Source of the DNA: Chrysomallon squamiferum
Taxonomy: Eukaryota; Animalia; Mollusca
Direction: 5' to 3'
Length of the DNA stretch: 64,000 bases
NCBI GenBank assembly: GCA_012295275.1
Contig: CM022678.1
Span: forward strand, 17,980,001-18,044,000
Both the position numbers and the translations under genes were made by a program. Below the pieces are notes generated by a model. The model was not told the origin of the DNA. It worked only from the letters and a program-made list of their open reading frames with translations, and searched no databases. The number at the start of each line of letters is the position of its first letter. Position 1 is the first letter of the stretch. Shown here one piece after another: positions 1 through 14,463 of the stretch.

Positions 1-186
1 GTATATGTAATAATTTTACTTTTATGTTTGTTTGTTTGTTTATTTGTTTATTTATTTATTTATTAACAGTGTAGTTAAATGAAATTCAGATAATAAAAAT
101 CCTCAAATAAAAACTAAGACAAATGAAAATTGAAATAAGATAGACACAAATTTATTATTATCTGCATTAATGTAAATCTACCACAT

Positions 187-221
<35 letters not shown>

Positions 222-824
222 TGTATTCAAACTGATGCAACTGAAAATATCGATAAATAAAATTAAGATAATAAAATTCTTCAAATAAAAAATAAAAGTA
301 AATAAAAATTGAGACATGACACACACACACAAACACACATAATAACAATAGTAGCAACAACAGCATTAATTAACAACAACAACAATAAGTAATAATAATA
401 ATAATAATAATAATAATAGTTATAGTAAAAATAATAATAATAATATCAACAACGACAACAACTGCAATAACAATAACACTAGTAGTAGTTGTAGTAGTAG
501 TAGTAGTAATAGTAATTTCGTAAATTTAGTAAGACGATTAATATTCAAGAATCATTATTTCCTGCCTTCAAATGTAAAACCAGGCGAATTTAGTCACATA
601 ACAGCTTTGATTTATTACAGCTATGACGATAACATTATTTATAAGTTATATTTTATTCTATATTTTATTCTTGTTGATGAGCAAATTATTTTTTAATTAG
701 AATGCTAAAACTGACTAAAGGAATACAGCCCAAAACAAACTGTAACTGAACGGAACTTTATTTACACTGAGAAAATAGTGTGCACAATTTAATATAACAA
801 GACGGTAGATTTACAGTAATGTAC

Positions 825-900
<76 letters not shown>

Positions 901-2153
901 TAATAATAATAATAATAAAGAAACAAAGAAAGAAAGAAACATATAAATAAATAAATAAATAAACTAAATAAATAATTTTAAATGCTGCGAGAGTATATAA
1001 CATTTTTAAATAAGAAACAAAACAAACAAATAAAACAAAACAAGAAGAAAATAACAACAAAAAGAATTTCAAAAGAAAAAAAAAACACAAATCACCAACA
1101 ATAAAATAAATGAAAGAAAAGAAAAAATTAAAATCCTCTGCGACAAAGCTTAGTTTTTCAATAGTTTGTTTTATTTATTTTATTTAGTAACATACAATGC
1201 AATACAATAACATAACATAATATAATATAATATAAATATAATATAATATAATATAATATAATATAATATAATATAATGTAGTATATCATAACATAACATA
1301 ACATAACATAACATAATATAATATAATATAATATTATAACACAGTGCAATATAATGTAATATATAACAGTATAATATAACAGATAGTTGAGATTTTCAAT
1401 ATTACATTAATCAAATGCATTAAAAAGAATAATAATTCTATTCCGCTATATTTTAATTCTGAATATAATACTAAAGATCAAAAAGATAAAATACATATTA
1501 TATACTTAGGGACTGATTCCTAAATATTTTAAAATAATATTTGTAAAATAATTCTGAAACTTTCATTTTATTAAAATCACTAGATGATTTCATGAAGAAA
1601 AAGACGTGGTTTTTCTATTTTCGTTATTTTCCTGAGCTGTAGCTATGACTGCACTTTGTAACGTTTTTGATTCAGTTACAACCTTTCTACGTCATTACTA
1701 TCTCAAACCAGGTTAACTTAATAAAAAATTGACCTAATATGGTAATTCTTGCAAAGCACGTATGCATCAAACGCATCTATACGTAGAGACTTCTAGTAAC
1801 GTCTGCGTGGAAAAAATTCTAAAACTTTCCAGAATCTATAACAAATTAAATAAATTAAAAAGAAAAGAATTAACTGCATTTCAATATTTTAATTACAGAC
1901 AAATATTAAAAGGATATATACATATATAATATTATATACATTATTCAATATTACATATGTATATATCCTTTATATACATACATATATTATATTATATTAT
2001 ATTATATTATATTATATTATATTATATTATATTATATTATATTATATTATATTATATTATATTATATTATATTATGTATTTGTTATTAGTGGCTAACTAT
2101 AAAATCCTTTTAAAATGATTTAAATAAATGTAATTATTTTTAGTCATTTAAAG

Positions 2154-2187
<34 letters not shown>

Positions 2188-2755
2188 TAAGGATGGTTTT
2201 GCAAAGACTTATCAATGATCAAATAATGTTTCTGTATTTAATTTTAAAAAGTTAAGTTTATTTAAATAAATCAATGTTGAAGGCAATACACAGAACGTAT
2301 TTTAAAATTTAATGTTAATGTTTATCTACGCTTGAACCAGGTTGAGTCATGAATTTCGAAGTTCATTTTCTGAGGTTAACAAACTCTTTAATATTTCATC
2401 TCCTTGCACGAGCTAATCTGGTCATTCGCTCGCGTGTACACTGTCTGACATTTCATTCACACACATGCATACACACCGAAAGTAACGAATGAATGGTCGA
2501 ACGAATATACATACGTACATACGTACATACATGCATATATATATATATATATATATATGCACTTGCGCGTACGAGAACACACAACATGCACACATACTTT
2601 AACGTAACAAAATTGGCCAACGTCGTAACAAAATTATCTTTAAAACAGCTACCATCTCTAAATGTTATGAATTTCATTCATTTTCACTTTTATTATTATT
2701 ATTAGTAGTATTGTTGTTGTTGTAGATTTTATTTCTCATCTATTAATAGAAAGAA

Positions 2756-2849
<94 letters not shown>

Positions 2850-3890
2850 TTATTTATTTATATTTATATTTATATGGTATCCGCTCTTTTTGTTAGAAAT
2901 ATACGGTAATTAAATGTAGCATTTTTAGCTGTTGTTATTGTTCGTTCTTAATTATACAATGGATTTATGTTAGATTGTAGATGATATAAGTTTTACTGGA
3001 TATTATCCTTACAAACGAAAGACGGATGAAAAGCAAGACACTCTAAAAGAAATCACTTAATTAATATCCTCTTGAACAGTTTGAACTGAAGTAAGCTCTT
3101 TACTAAAAGTAGAGAAAGCAGTCTACGACATAACATGATGTCTAGATATAAAAATAATATATATATAGGAAGATGGTGGATTTACAGTAATATACATAAG
3201 TACGAAAATATATTCAATATCAGCCTGAGCTGTTTTACAGTTAAATAATTTATATATATATATATATATATATATTTTATTTATTTTTTACTAGAGGTAA
3301 CGATTTATTTCATTCTTAAAAAAAATATATACTTATAAATGGAACTTATCTCCGTTATCATAGTTGTACAAAATATAATTAATAATATCTAAGGTTAAAC
3401 TCTAAAAATGATCACATTTGTATTTTTTATTGTTTTACATTTGTAAATAATTATTATTTACAACAGAAAAGAAAAACAACAATAGTAATAATAATAATAA
3501 TAACAGCATCAATCTACCTGCGTGTGTGCGTGTATACGCATAATTAATTCATTTCTTTCTTTCTTATTTATTTTAATAACTTAAACAAGAAAAAATATGC
3601 ATTATTAATTTCATTTATATTTTATATTTTCCTGTGTTGTATATATATTCCTAGTAAATTATGAAGCTATATAATTTTTAAATTCTTAATTGATTGAATG
3701 CTTGTGTTTGGTGATATATGTATGTGTATAATTACTTGTCGCTTTATTCATTTGTTTATTTAGTTACTTATTTTTCTGTTTATTTATTTGTTTATTTACT
3801 GACAATTTTAATCCCTTATTTGTCGGTTTATTTATTTGTTTATTTAGTTATTTATTTAATCCCTTATTTTTCTGCTTATCTGTTTATTTG

Positions 3891-3928
<38 letters not shown>

Positions 3929-3963
3929 ATTTTAGTTATTTAATCAACTATTTTTTTATTTAG

Positions 3964-4118
3964 GAGAATGTTTCCCACCCTACAGTTTAGTTTGACGGGA
4001 CTGGATCCACAGAAACAATACAACGTGTTTGTAGATATGATTCTAGTTGATGCCAATCACTGGAAATTCCAAAGTGGCCGCTGGGTGGCGTGCGGTCAGG
4101 CCGAACAACTTCCTGCAA
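3964..4118 (+). CDS. Eomes: T-box exon: [51 protein letters not shown]
   Basis: Acceptor tttag|G and donor A|gtaagt, 155 nt; contains the RMFP...GLDP...Y.VFVD...NHWKFQ T-box motifs. Confidence 0.95.
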
Positions 4119-4318
4119 GTAAGTAACCTCCCTTTGTACCTTTTGTGCGTAATTATAAAATTACTAATTAATTTTTTTTTTTTTTTTTTTTTATTTTTTT
4201 TTATCAGTAACTGTCATGACTTGCTTTCAATAAAATTAAAGGTAAATATTAACTTTTTACCTCCAAAGATATTTCTTACGAGAAATTTCATTAATTAAAT
4301 TCACCTTTACAAAGGTAG

Positions 4319-4404
<86 letters not shown>

Positions 4405-4415
4405 ACGTTATCAAA

Positions 4416-4455
<40 letters not shown>

Positions 4456-4457
4456 TA

Positions 4458-4490
<33 letters not shown>

Positions 4491-5409
4491 TAGTTACGCG
4501 TTATTGTTATTATTATTTAGTTACGCGTAAGTCAAAATTTTCCCTTAGAAACAATTTTTGAATTTGTATTTAACTTCGGAACTGGAGGAAAAATAAAGCA
4601 AAAACATTGAAAAAATAAATGAAAGAAAAAAAAGAAAGAAAAGAAATAACAAAATTAAACAATAAATAAAACAAATAAAATATAATAAAATTACATCCAG
4701 CTCTCGCAAAGAAAGAAAACACAAAAATGTATCTAAATTATTTTTATATGTATTATTTATTAAATGAATGTTGAATAAATAAAATAAAATAAATAAATAA
4801 ATAAATAAATAAATAAAACCCCTCCACGGAACAGTTGTCAGCCGGTAACGAAGGAATCTTTTGATACAGATCAAAAGAAAATTTCACAATGATGTTTATA
4901 ATACCTTTAACATTTAACCAAGTTTTCTTCGCGGAACCAAACGAAATACGTCTGCGCCCCGGCTGTTTTCGTTTATTACGCGTCTCCGTATGACTGCCGT
5001 GTTGTTTACACTCGGCGATTCAAAATTACGGATTTCGAAAAGAAACGAACAAAGGATGACAATAAATGATCAGTAATTATTGGCGTCGACAATTGGTAGG
5101 CGCATGTTGACATGGTGCCCGGGTCCAGGCTTTTGTGTGTGTCTGTTACGCGCCTTATTCGAAGCGCGGACTGTCACCAGCTGCTTTGTTGGCGGCAATT
5201 AGCACCCGCTTGGCTCGCGCTTCATTTCGCAATTAAGTAGCAAGATTTTTTTTTCTGATTTTTTTTTTTTTTTTGTTGCCGTGTTGTCAAACAAAATGCG
5301 GGCGACTTACATAATTTCTTCATGTAGTATATTAACATCCAGGTTCTGTTAAAAAGATAAATGTTTAGGGTTGTTGTTGTTCTTTTTTTTTTTTTTTTTT
5401 TTTTTCTTT

Positions 5410-5458
<49 letters not shown>

Positions 5459-5709
5459 TTTTGTTTTGTATTTCATTTTTGTTTTAATTATTATATTATC
5501 TTTCTTTTTTTCTTTTGTTCTCCCCTTTCTTCTTCTTCTTCTTCTTATCCATTATGATAATGATTATAATGATAATGATTATGATTATTATTATTACTAT
5601 TATTACTATGTTATAACCATCTTTCACTGCTACCGCGTCTACTGCTACCACTACTACGACATCTGCCACTTATAATAACAATAACAAAATTTATAATAAT
5701 AATAACAAA

Positions 5710-5750
<41 letters not shown>

Positions 5751-5818
5751 TGATGATGATGATGATAATAATAGTAATAATAAAATTATTCATATTAATA
5801 ATAATAATAATAATAAAT

Positions 5819-5902
<84 letters not shown>

Positions 5903-6590
5903 TGTGTGTGTGTGTGTTACTCGGTATACACAGACGGGCCACGGTTCACGAACTTTCACGTATATCTCTATTACTGGCAGAGTTGTAATGGCTATTTTTC
6001 AAATTATCTTTCTCCTTTGTCCACGAGCATAATGGCTCCAAAGATAATTAGCCATGTGATTGCGAAAGAAAAGTAGCAACCCGTTCTGGATATAGATTTG
6101 TGACTTCATTAAAACCACATTTAATATCGCCCGTTGTACAGCCATTGTTTTCGTATTAAGGTGAAATGACCATTATTAAGTCAGTGAAATAACGAAAAAT
6201 GTGTATTACGTGAACAAGATTGGCAATTAAAAGTACGAGTTGTCTTTCCTTAGATACGTATTCGGCAAGACTGATAAAAAATAAAATGCTTTGATAGTGA
6301 CGTCATAGTGACGTCATAGACAAAAATTAATAATAAGAAGAAGAAGAAGAAGAAGAAGAAGAACAACAACAACAACAACAAGGATTTAAAATAATAATAA
6401 TAATATTATTATTATAAATTTTATAACAGTATTATTATTATTATTATTAATATTTTCCTTTTATAACAATACACCAAAATATTTTCGTACGTTTGATTGG
6501 ACGCTACAGAACTCAGCCATTGTTTCCTAAATCGATGTTCTTCACATTAACTGGATAATATATTCAGAGTTTTCATCTTTCTCTTTCCAG

Positions 6591-6706
6591 CTGGGCGTGT
6601 CTATCTGCACCCTGATTCGCCAAACAGAGGGGCACACTGGATGAAGCAGGACATCGTGTTCGGAAAACTTAAATTGACGAACAACAAAAACACAGACTCG
6701 GGTCAC
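6591..6706 (+). CDS. Eomes: T-box exon: (T)[38 protein letters not shown]
   Basis: Acceptor ttccag| and donor |gtaagt, 116 nt; HPDSP.GA.WM..F.KLKLTNN signature. Confidence 0.96.
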
Positions 6707-7210
6707 GTAAGTGCAAAATAAATAAATAAATAAATTAATTAATTAATTAATAATAAAAAAACAACAACAACAATAACAATAATAATAACAGTAATAATAA
6801 ATAATAAACATAGCAACATTAATAATAACATAATAATGATAATAACAATAATGATAATAATATTAACAACAACAATGATAATAATAACTATAACAATAGC
6901 AATAACAATAATAATAACAATAGTAGTCATAACAATAATAATAACAGTAATAATAATAATAAATAATTATTACCACAGCAGCACTACTACTACTGTTTCT
7001 ATGGCAACTATATTATTACGATCACTATCAATTATACTACATATATTGCTATCCTAATACTAATAGTAGAACTACAACTACTCTTACTGTTACGATTATC
7101 GTAACTTCTGCTACAACTATTCTACTACTATACACTATTATCACTAAAAGAACAACTACTGCTACTACAATAACAACAACTACTACTACTACTGCTACTA
7201 CTACTTCTAC

Positions 7211-7259
<49 letters not shown>

Positions 7260-7263
7260 TCAG

Positions 7264-7410
7264 GTCGTGCTAAACAGTATGCATAAATATCAGCCGCGAC
7301 TTCACGTCATAGAAGTTGGATCGTGTTCCCAGGGCGACCAGAAAAATCTACTCACACACAGCTTCACTGAGACACAGTTCATTGCAGTCACAGCGTATCA
7401 AAACACGGAT
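7264..7410 (+). CDS. Eomes: T-box exon: [49 protein letters not shown]
   Basis: Acceptor tttcag| and donor |gtaggt, 147 nt; [10 protein letters not shown] and [12 protein letters not shown] motifs. Confidence 0.96.
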
Positions 7411-7579
7411 GTAGGTGTAATCTATTTATAGTAACAACAGCCATTTGTATATTGTGGATTATTTTTCCATTTGTTTTTATTATTTATCTTTTTTTGATTT
7501 ATATATCTAAAAAAAAAAAAATAATATTAAAAAATTGTTTTCTTTTCTGTAATTATTTTTGTTCTCTTGTTTTTTTCTT

Positions 7580-7616
<37 letters not shown>

Positions 7617-7807
7617 TTTATTCTTATTTATTTATTTATGTATTTTGTCGTTTCTTTCCTTCTTAAATAATTTAAAGAAACCTTCATGTTAGGTATGTTT
7701 TCTATTGTATTTTTATTTAAAAATACTTATAATACTACAACTAATAATAATAATAATGTGTTGATATATATACATAAATATTAATTTATTAACTAATTTG
7801 CTTTTAG

Positions 7808-7869
7808 ATCACGCAGCTAAAAATAGACCATAATCCATTTGCTAAAGGTTTCCGCGACAACTATGATAG
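7808..7869 (+). CDS. Eomes: T-box exon: ITQLKIDHNPFAKGFRDNYD(S)
   Basis: Acceptor ttttag| and donor AG|gtaagt, 62 nt; NPFAKGFRD marks the end of the T-box. Confidence 0.96.
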
Positions 7870-8315
7870 GTAAGTGAAAACGGTTTTCTTCTGTCCATGT
7901 AAACAGAGAATTTATTAAATTAGTCAGTCAAGAGTTCTAGGATCAAATCTTCCCTATGCGTTCACTTGGAAGCTTTATAGTTCAGTAATTAGAGTGTTTG
8001 CCTTTGTCATAGTTTAACAATTGATAAACTGACCATTAAATTATGGTTATATACATACATATGAAAGAATGTGTATTTGTGTGTATATGTATGTTTGTAT
8101 ATAGGTATATACGTATATGAATGTATGTATGTATGTATGTATGTATGTATGTATGTATGTATGTATGTATGTATGTATGTATGTATGTATGAATTAAATA
8201 TGTATGTATATGCATATATTACAATATAATTTTCACAAATTTAAGAATATTCTGTGTTGCTGCTCTGTCATTTTAAAATATATTTTTACATTATTTTTCC
8301 TTTCATTATTTTCAG

Positions 8316-9047
8316 CGGCAATCTGTTTCAGTCTCTTGATCGCTCCCCCTCGCCCCCTAATGGGAGACCCACCCTGGGAAGCTATGGATCGATGCCCTCG
8401 TCTCGTACCCACCCAGCCACCTTTCCCACCTTCCGCATGCTGGATCGTTTCCTAATCTGTCATGCCGATCGTTTCCAGTAAGCAACAGAGTTCTCTCCCC
8501 TGTTTTCCACTGCCGTCAGTCCCCGTCCTTCACCGCGGCGTCAGGCTGCAGTGAGGGCGACTCGGGATTTCACTTCAGCAGTCAGTATCGGCCACAGGGA
8601 ACGTTTGTGGACAACAAACAGGAGAACGACTTCAACGCCGGCGGACACGAGGACAGATACTTCGCCACTCTCCAGCGGTCGTCGCAGGAAGTGCAGGGTC
8701 TCCATAGCAACGCCAACATGCTGTATCCCGGGACCGCTTTGCTGCAGTCGCTCAATTCGTCGGAAAATTACGAGAGCGACGGAGACAGTTCGGAACCTTC
8801 CGCCGCCAAAAGACCGAGAATGCATTCGTTAAATAACTCGCCGACTAAGGCTGGCGTCGTCGGAGAAGGTTCCGCCGTCGTAGATAGTCAGCCCGAAAAC
8901 AAAAACAACTGTTTGCCGACGTACACGACGGAGCAACAGAGGACGATGCCGTCGCAGAATGAAGGCGTCTCCTACAGTTGGCATCAACCCGTCTGCAAAA
9001 TGCAGTATTACTCACAGTCACCGGAATCTCTGACGCATGCGTACTGA
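8316..9047 (+). CDS. Eomes: Terminal exon encoding the Ser/Pro-rich C-terminal region (GNLFQSLDRSPSPP...EPSAAKRPRM...THAY*), with an apparent frame break between 8361 and 8478
   Basis: Acceptor tttcag| at 8315. The entry frame stops at TAA 8479-8481, while a second frame is open 8361-9047 with GC-rich, coding-like composition and an NLS-like KRPR. Confidence 0.75.
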
Positions 9048-10274
9048 CGCTAAATCTATATTTAGCAGAGACCTATCTAGCGGCTGATAAATCTAAACAT
9101 AACTCGAGTAAATTATGTAGTGAAAAATGGACTTTAGTTTTCACTCTTCCTGGATAAAAACACACACACACACAAAAAAAAGAAGAAGAAGAAAAAGAAG
9201 AAAAGAAGTGTTTTCTGAATTTTTACTTGTGAGTTATAACTGATTGACACATGTTTATATCGATCCACGTACATACGCACAGACGAACACGCACACAGAC
9301 ATACATGCACACACTGACCTATTAGAGCAACAAAGTTTGTTAACAATTTATGGAGAGATGCAGACGAACATACACAGAGATTATTCTTTGGATTTTTATT
9401 TTTTATTTTTTATTATTCAGTATTTTGTTTGCTGTATAAAATGGAATTCGATTCATTCTTGCTTTCATTCATTAATTCATTCACTCGTTCACTCATTGAT
9501 TCGTTTATTTCTTCCTTCATTCAGTTTATTCATTTATTACTCGTAGAAGTATATCTGTTGTAGAATAGTATACTCTTCTTGCGTCTAGTTAATCCAGTTT
9601 TATTCTTGATGTTGTGACAAAAACTATTGTTTTTCACTCGAGTCATTCTCTAAAAGTTATTATTTTAATTCAAATGTTTTGATTTAATCTACGTATTCTT
9701 TTTACTAAAAGAATATAACATATTTATAAATTTCGTACAAGATTATTATGGACATTTTTTTTTCGGACAAAGAATTAGATTTGCCCTAAATTTGACACGT
9801 ATAAAAAGTACAAGTATAAATTTCTAATTAAAAAGCATGTATTTACTCAGGCGATGGCATCTGGCACAAATCAAGCAATATGCAACTTAATAGAAATATT
9901 GTTTTCTTCGTGCTTTTCTCAGATTCTCTTTTGCTTCACTTTCCCGAGTCCTATGTCCAGATTTCATACAGCAGTTATAATTAATTATCTGACAATTCTG
10001 AGGGGAATTTTTTTATCATGCATGGATGATGTTACGTTGCCGGAAAGTTCAACGGAAAAAAACTGTTTCTTGTAATTTTAAGATTTGAATAAGAATTTCT
10101 GTTGTTCGTTTTTGTCAATCTTGTGCAAGTTATGTTGAAAAGAGGTGTATTAAGTGCAGCATCTTTTGATAAAAGTGTTTAAACTATTTAATTGTTGTTT
10201 TAAATACGGAGCATGTTTAAAAAGATAACACAGTTTTTAATATATGTTAAAATAGATGTATTATTTTTTATTTT

Positions 10275-10373
<99 letters not shown>

Positions 10374-10484
10374 AAAATGACAAAATATTGTTCTTTCCAT
10401 GATTATAAAAAGAAGACGTTTACGTATATTTGATATTTGATGAATTCCGTTACAAATAGTTAAATGTCTTCTAAATATTCCTCT

Positions 10485-10512
10485 TTTTTCTTTTTTTTAA
10501 ATCTTTAATTTC

Positions 10513-10572
<60 letters not shown>

Positions 10573-10624
10573 TAATAATTATTATTATTATTATAAAATA
10601 AAATAATAATTATTATTATTATTA

Positions 10625-10661
<37 letters not shown>

Positions 10662-10698
10662 TCCGTTATGAAATTAAAGATTTAAAAAAAAAGAAAAA
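10485..10698. repeat. Fold-back inverted repeat enclosing (AAT)n and (TAT)n tracts
   Basis: 10485-10516 (tttttcttttttttaaatctttaatttcataa) is the near-perfect reverse complement of 10666-10698 (ttatgaaattaaagatttaaaaaaaaagaaaaa). Confidence 0.85.
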
Positions 10699-11169
10699 TA
10701 AAGAAGAAGGAAATATTATTATTATTATTGTATTGGTCTGATCTATATAAAGACTGTAGTCTATACTGAAAAAAAAAACTGTACTAAAATTCATCCCGAT
10801 TTTAAATTGGTCTTCATTTTAATCTTGGTCAAAACTTGACAGTAATACATGTTTTAATGATAGTTTTGTTCTTGTTACAATACATGTTCTTATTTTTTAT
10901 TATTATTATTATTACTTTTTATTCAAGTTTTTTTTTCTCTACTTCTATTTTTGTTAACAGATGTTATCAAATACGAAACAAAAGAAACGAATTTAACCAG
11001 ATAACTTTAAGTAAATTGAAAGAAGGACAAATTTAATTTTAAATGAAAGAAAAAGTGATTTAACAAAGCAAGGAGGTAATGTGATATATATATATATATA
11101 TATTATACAAATGGAAACAGTTTTAACATAAACACAACGGAACATAAACTGGAACATGAACAACTTTAG

Positions 11170-11360
11170 CACAAATGGAACGAGTTTAACGAAGTAGAAC
11201 AGAAAGAAGAACAAATTAAAGTCAGAATGAAGGAACAAATTAAACACAAAGTGAAAGAACAAATTAAAGACAGAATGAAAGAAGAACAAATTAAACACAG
11301 TGAAAGAAGAACAAACTAAACACAAAATGAAACAAGAAGTAATTGAACACAAAATGAAAC
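11170..11360. repeat. Degenerate ~24-27 bp minisatellite (gaagaacaaattaaacacagtgaaa-like)
   Basis: The gaacaaattaaa core recurs several times in tandem. Confidence 0.65.
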
Positions 11361-14133
11361 AAAACAGATTTGACTGAAACAGAGAAATACAACATTATGT
11401 AATTCAGTTTTTAATTAATGTGTTATACTTTTTTTTTTCCATTTAGACATAAATAATTTTGAGAAATGTCTGTTAGACTGTCATGTATTGATATATGTTT
11501 TGAAATGAAATGATATATTGTAATCATAACCATTTCTGGATTTTATTTTTTATTTCAGAACTTGGGCTCGGTGGAATACCGAAATATTAATTTTAATACA
11601 TACACACATATAAATACATACATACCCACATATTTACATGGGTGTGTGTGTGCATGTGTGTGTGTGTGGGGGGGTAATTCTTTTGGCAGTTCTAAGCTAG
11701 CTTGTTCATCATCATCATCATTATTATTATTTTGATGATGATGATGATGATAATGATGATTATAATAATGATGAGTTTGATGATGATAATGATGATGAGA
11801 TGATGACAGTGCTGTATATACTAACAGTTTCAACAACAAAACAACAGCTGTTTATAAAAAAATAAAAATAAGAAAAGAAAATTATAAATAAACATCTAAA
11901 TAAATAAATAAACAAAAATATATAAACATCTAAATAAATAAACAAAAAAGTATTTAAAAAATATTACATATATATATACTGTAAATACACTGAATCTTAT
12001 GAATGAATTATATTAATCAGTTATGCTGTTTGTTTAGTTGTTGTTCTTAACTGTGACTGATATAAGTAAAACAAGCATTGCTAAAAAATTTGTTTTTGTT
12101 TTAAATATTGTTATTAATATTTGTGAAAAATAATATTTAATATAAATCCTACACACTGTAAACTGAAGTTAATAAACTATCAACAAATCAGACTGGAGTT
12201 TATTGTAATTTTGTCGTTACTGTTTCCCGTTCCAAATGGGCTCTACAGCTGATGGATTAGAACCCAATTATTTCCTGTCTACAGAATGCAGAATGTGAAA
12301 ATAATTCAAAAGAATTACGAAGGTGTATTCCAATATCAGTTTGTTAATTGTAGAAATTTTAACACAATTTAAAAAAACAACAAAAAAAAACAACAACATA
12401 TAACTATTATTAGCGTTTTCAAAATTAACCAAACGGATGTCTTCTGCTTACTGAACACTGGTCCTCTTTTGACAGCTAATAAAATACCATAAATCCGTAC
12501 GAAGGGATGTCTGCTGCTCGCTGAACTTTGACCTACTTTTGGCATTTATAAAACACCATAAATCCGTTGAATATGAATGTAGCAAAAGAGAGAAAAAAAA
12601 AAAACAGAGAGAGAAAAATGGAAGTTCGTTATTTTTGTCTTGTTGCATGTGTGTCTGATAAGTGCCAGTGCAAAAGGCTAACTAACGGCAACCCGATATT
12701 GCGAAACAACCGTTAAAATGTTAATAACAGCAGCTCTTCGTCTGGGTCAAGAGGTGCTCGCGGGTTCTGTTCTAAAAATAACCACTTACGTCATTCCGAC
12801 CTGTCACTGACACTCATTTACACACTCGAAAACAAGATATATTATTTATCTCATTTTTTTTTCATGGAAAGTTTGAATTAAAGTTTTTGAACAATCACTT
12901 TGGAAGAACGGTTGCAGTGTTGTTCAAAGTACAGCATCGGAAATATGAGAACATCATTTTCAAGATTACTAGCAGTAAGTGTAAAGTATTATTCATTTAT
13001 TTATTTTTAGAGTGAAATTGGTGTACGTGAACGCGTTCGATGTAAAAATGACCCTTATATGTGCAGTAACATGAGTGCAATATTTAAATGACTGTAAAGA
13101 AATCTATCAGATTTGAAATTACAAACTTTCACTCACAAAATTTTGCAGTTGAATAAACTCAATTTTTTTGGAAAAAAGGCTGTTTAACTGACGGTTAACT
13201 GTGATATTAATATGGGTTAATACTGTACATTATACAGACAAAACGTGGTTTTCGTTTCCGTCGTTTGCTGAGAACACCACACATTTTGGTTTCCAGAATT
13301 AACTATCTGCTACCCTTAAGATTTGCATGAAATTTGGCAAGCTGAGATTAAAAAAAAAATGCACAGTTTGTAATTTGTATCTGATTTAAAGTCTCAAGTA
13401 AGCTTATCATGGACACGATTATTTTAAACGGAATATTTGTCTGTTTATTCTCCATTGTTTTTCAAACATGACATGTTAAAAACGAATACTGCGATGAAGC
13501 TGAATATGTCTACTACGTCATGATATTTGTTGTTTATGTAAAAATAATGTCGAAACAGAAATGCAAGTGAGTAAACCTATTCAAGGTATGAAAAAACTCC
13601 TCACAAGAATCGGGCGATCTTACGCAGTGGAGCACTTAAGTGTTTTGTCACGTCCCTACCGATTAAATAATTGTATTATTCTCATTATTATTATTATTAG
13701 TAGTAGTAGTATAAGAAAATGAATTAGAAATAACTAAAATGAGATATTTTATTTGTGACGATGACTTTCTGTAAATACTAAAACGATATGTAAACAATAT
13801 CCAGTTAGGTTCGATTGAACATTTTTTTTTTTTTTTTTTTTTTTTTTTGCTTTTAATGAATATTTCTCGTATGCATGAGTGACGTTATTGAGTGTTTAAG
13901 ATATATTGAAAAATAAAAACATTCACAGTTTACCAGTTTCACTAAAACAAGAGTGAAGTATAAAGAGAGATATATTAAAATGGCGCTGACTTTGTTACGT
14001 TGAAAGGACCGTCTTGTTCCTTCGTAACGTGAGTGTTCATCCGCCACAAGAAGTAGTACGGCCATATCCTGTAGAAGCATTTGAATGAAACTGGATTTAT
14101 TTTTCTATTTTTCTTCTTCTAGTAGTAGTAGTT

Positions 14134-14167
<34 letters not shown>

Positions 14168-14359
14168 CATTGAAAACAGCAACTGACTTCATTCAATATG
14201 TTCACTTATTAACCGAAACACACAAACACGCGCGCGCGCACTCACAATTAAAAACAGCAACCCAAAACGACCCCTCCAAATTTTAAAACAAACAATGAAA
14301 ACAAATGTATGTATGTATGAGTACATAAATAAATAAATAAATAAAATAAATAAATATAA

Positions 14360-14394
<35 letters not shown>

Positions 14395-14463
14395 GAAATT
14401 CTCGAACCAGAGTTTTTTCTAATTCACACAGACATGCACAATATTGGAAAATGGGTGTCACAC

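Larger units (their letters stand above)
3964..9047 (+). other. Eomes: Gene span (5'-partial): Tbr1/Eomes/Tbx21-subfamily T-box transcription factor; the first coding exon was not found in the window
   Basis: Five exons with canonical GT-AG sites and matching phases (2/1/0/0/2) join into a T-box domain ending ITQLKIDHNPFAKGFRDNYD, typical of the Tbr1/Eomes subfamily. I saw no EMIITK-type exon in 1-3963. Confidence 0.92.

Noticed and set aside
1-3963. First coding exon of the T-box gene
   Set aside because: I found no LW..F....EMIITK.GR-encoding exon; it presumably lies upstream of the window.
13977-14080. AAAATGGCG start with a downstream GTGAGT donor as a coding first exon
   Set aside because: The ATG frame stops after seven codons (MALTLLR*); at most a YY1-like motif.
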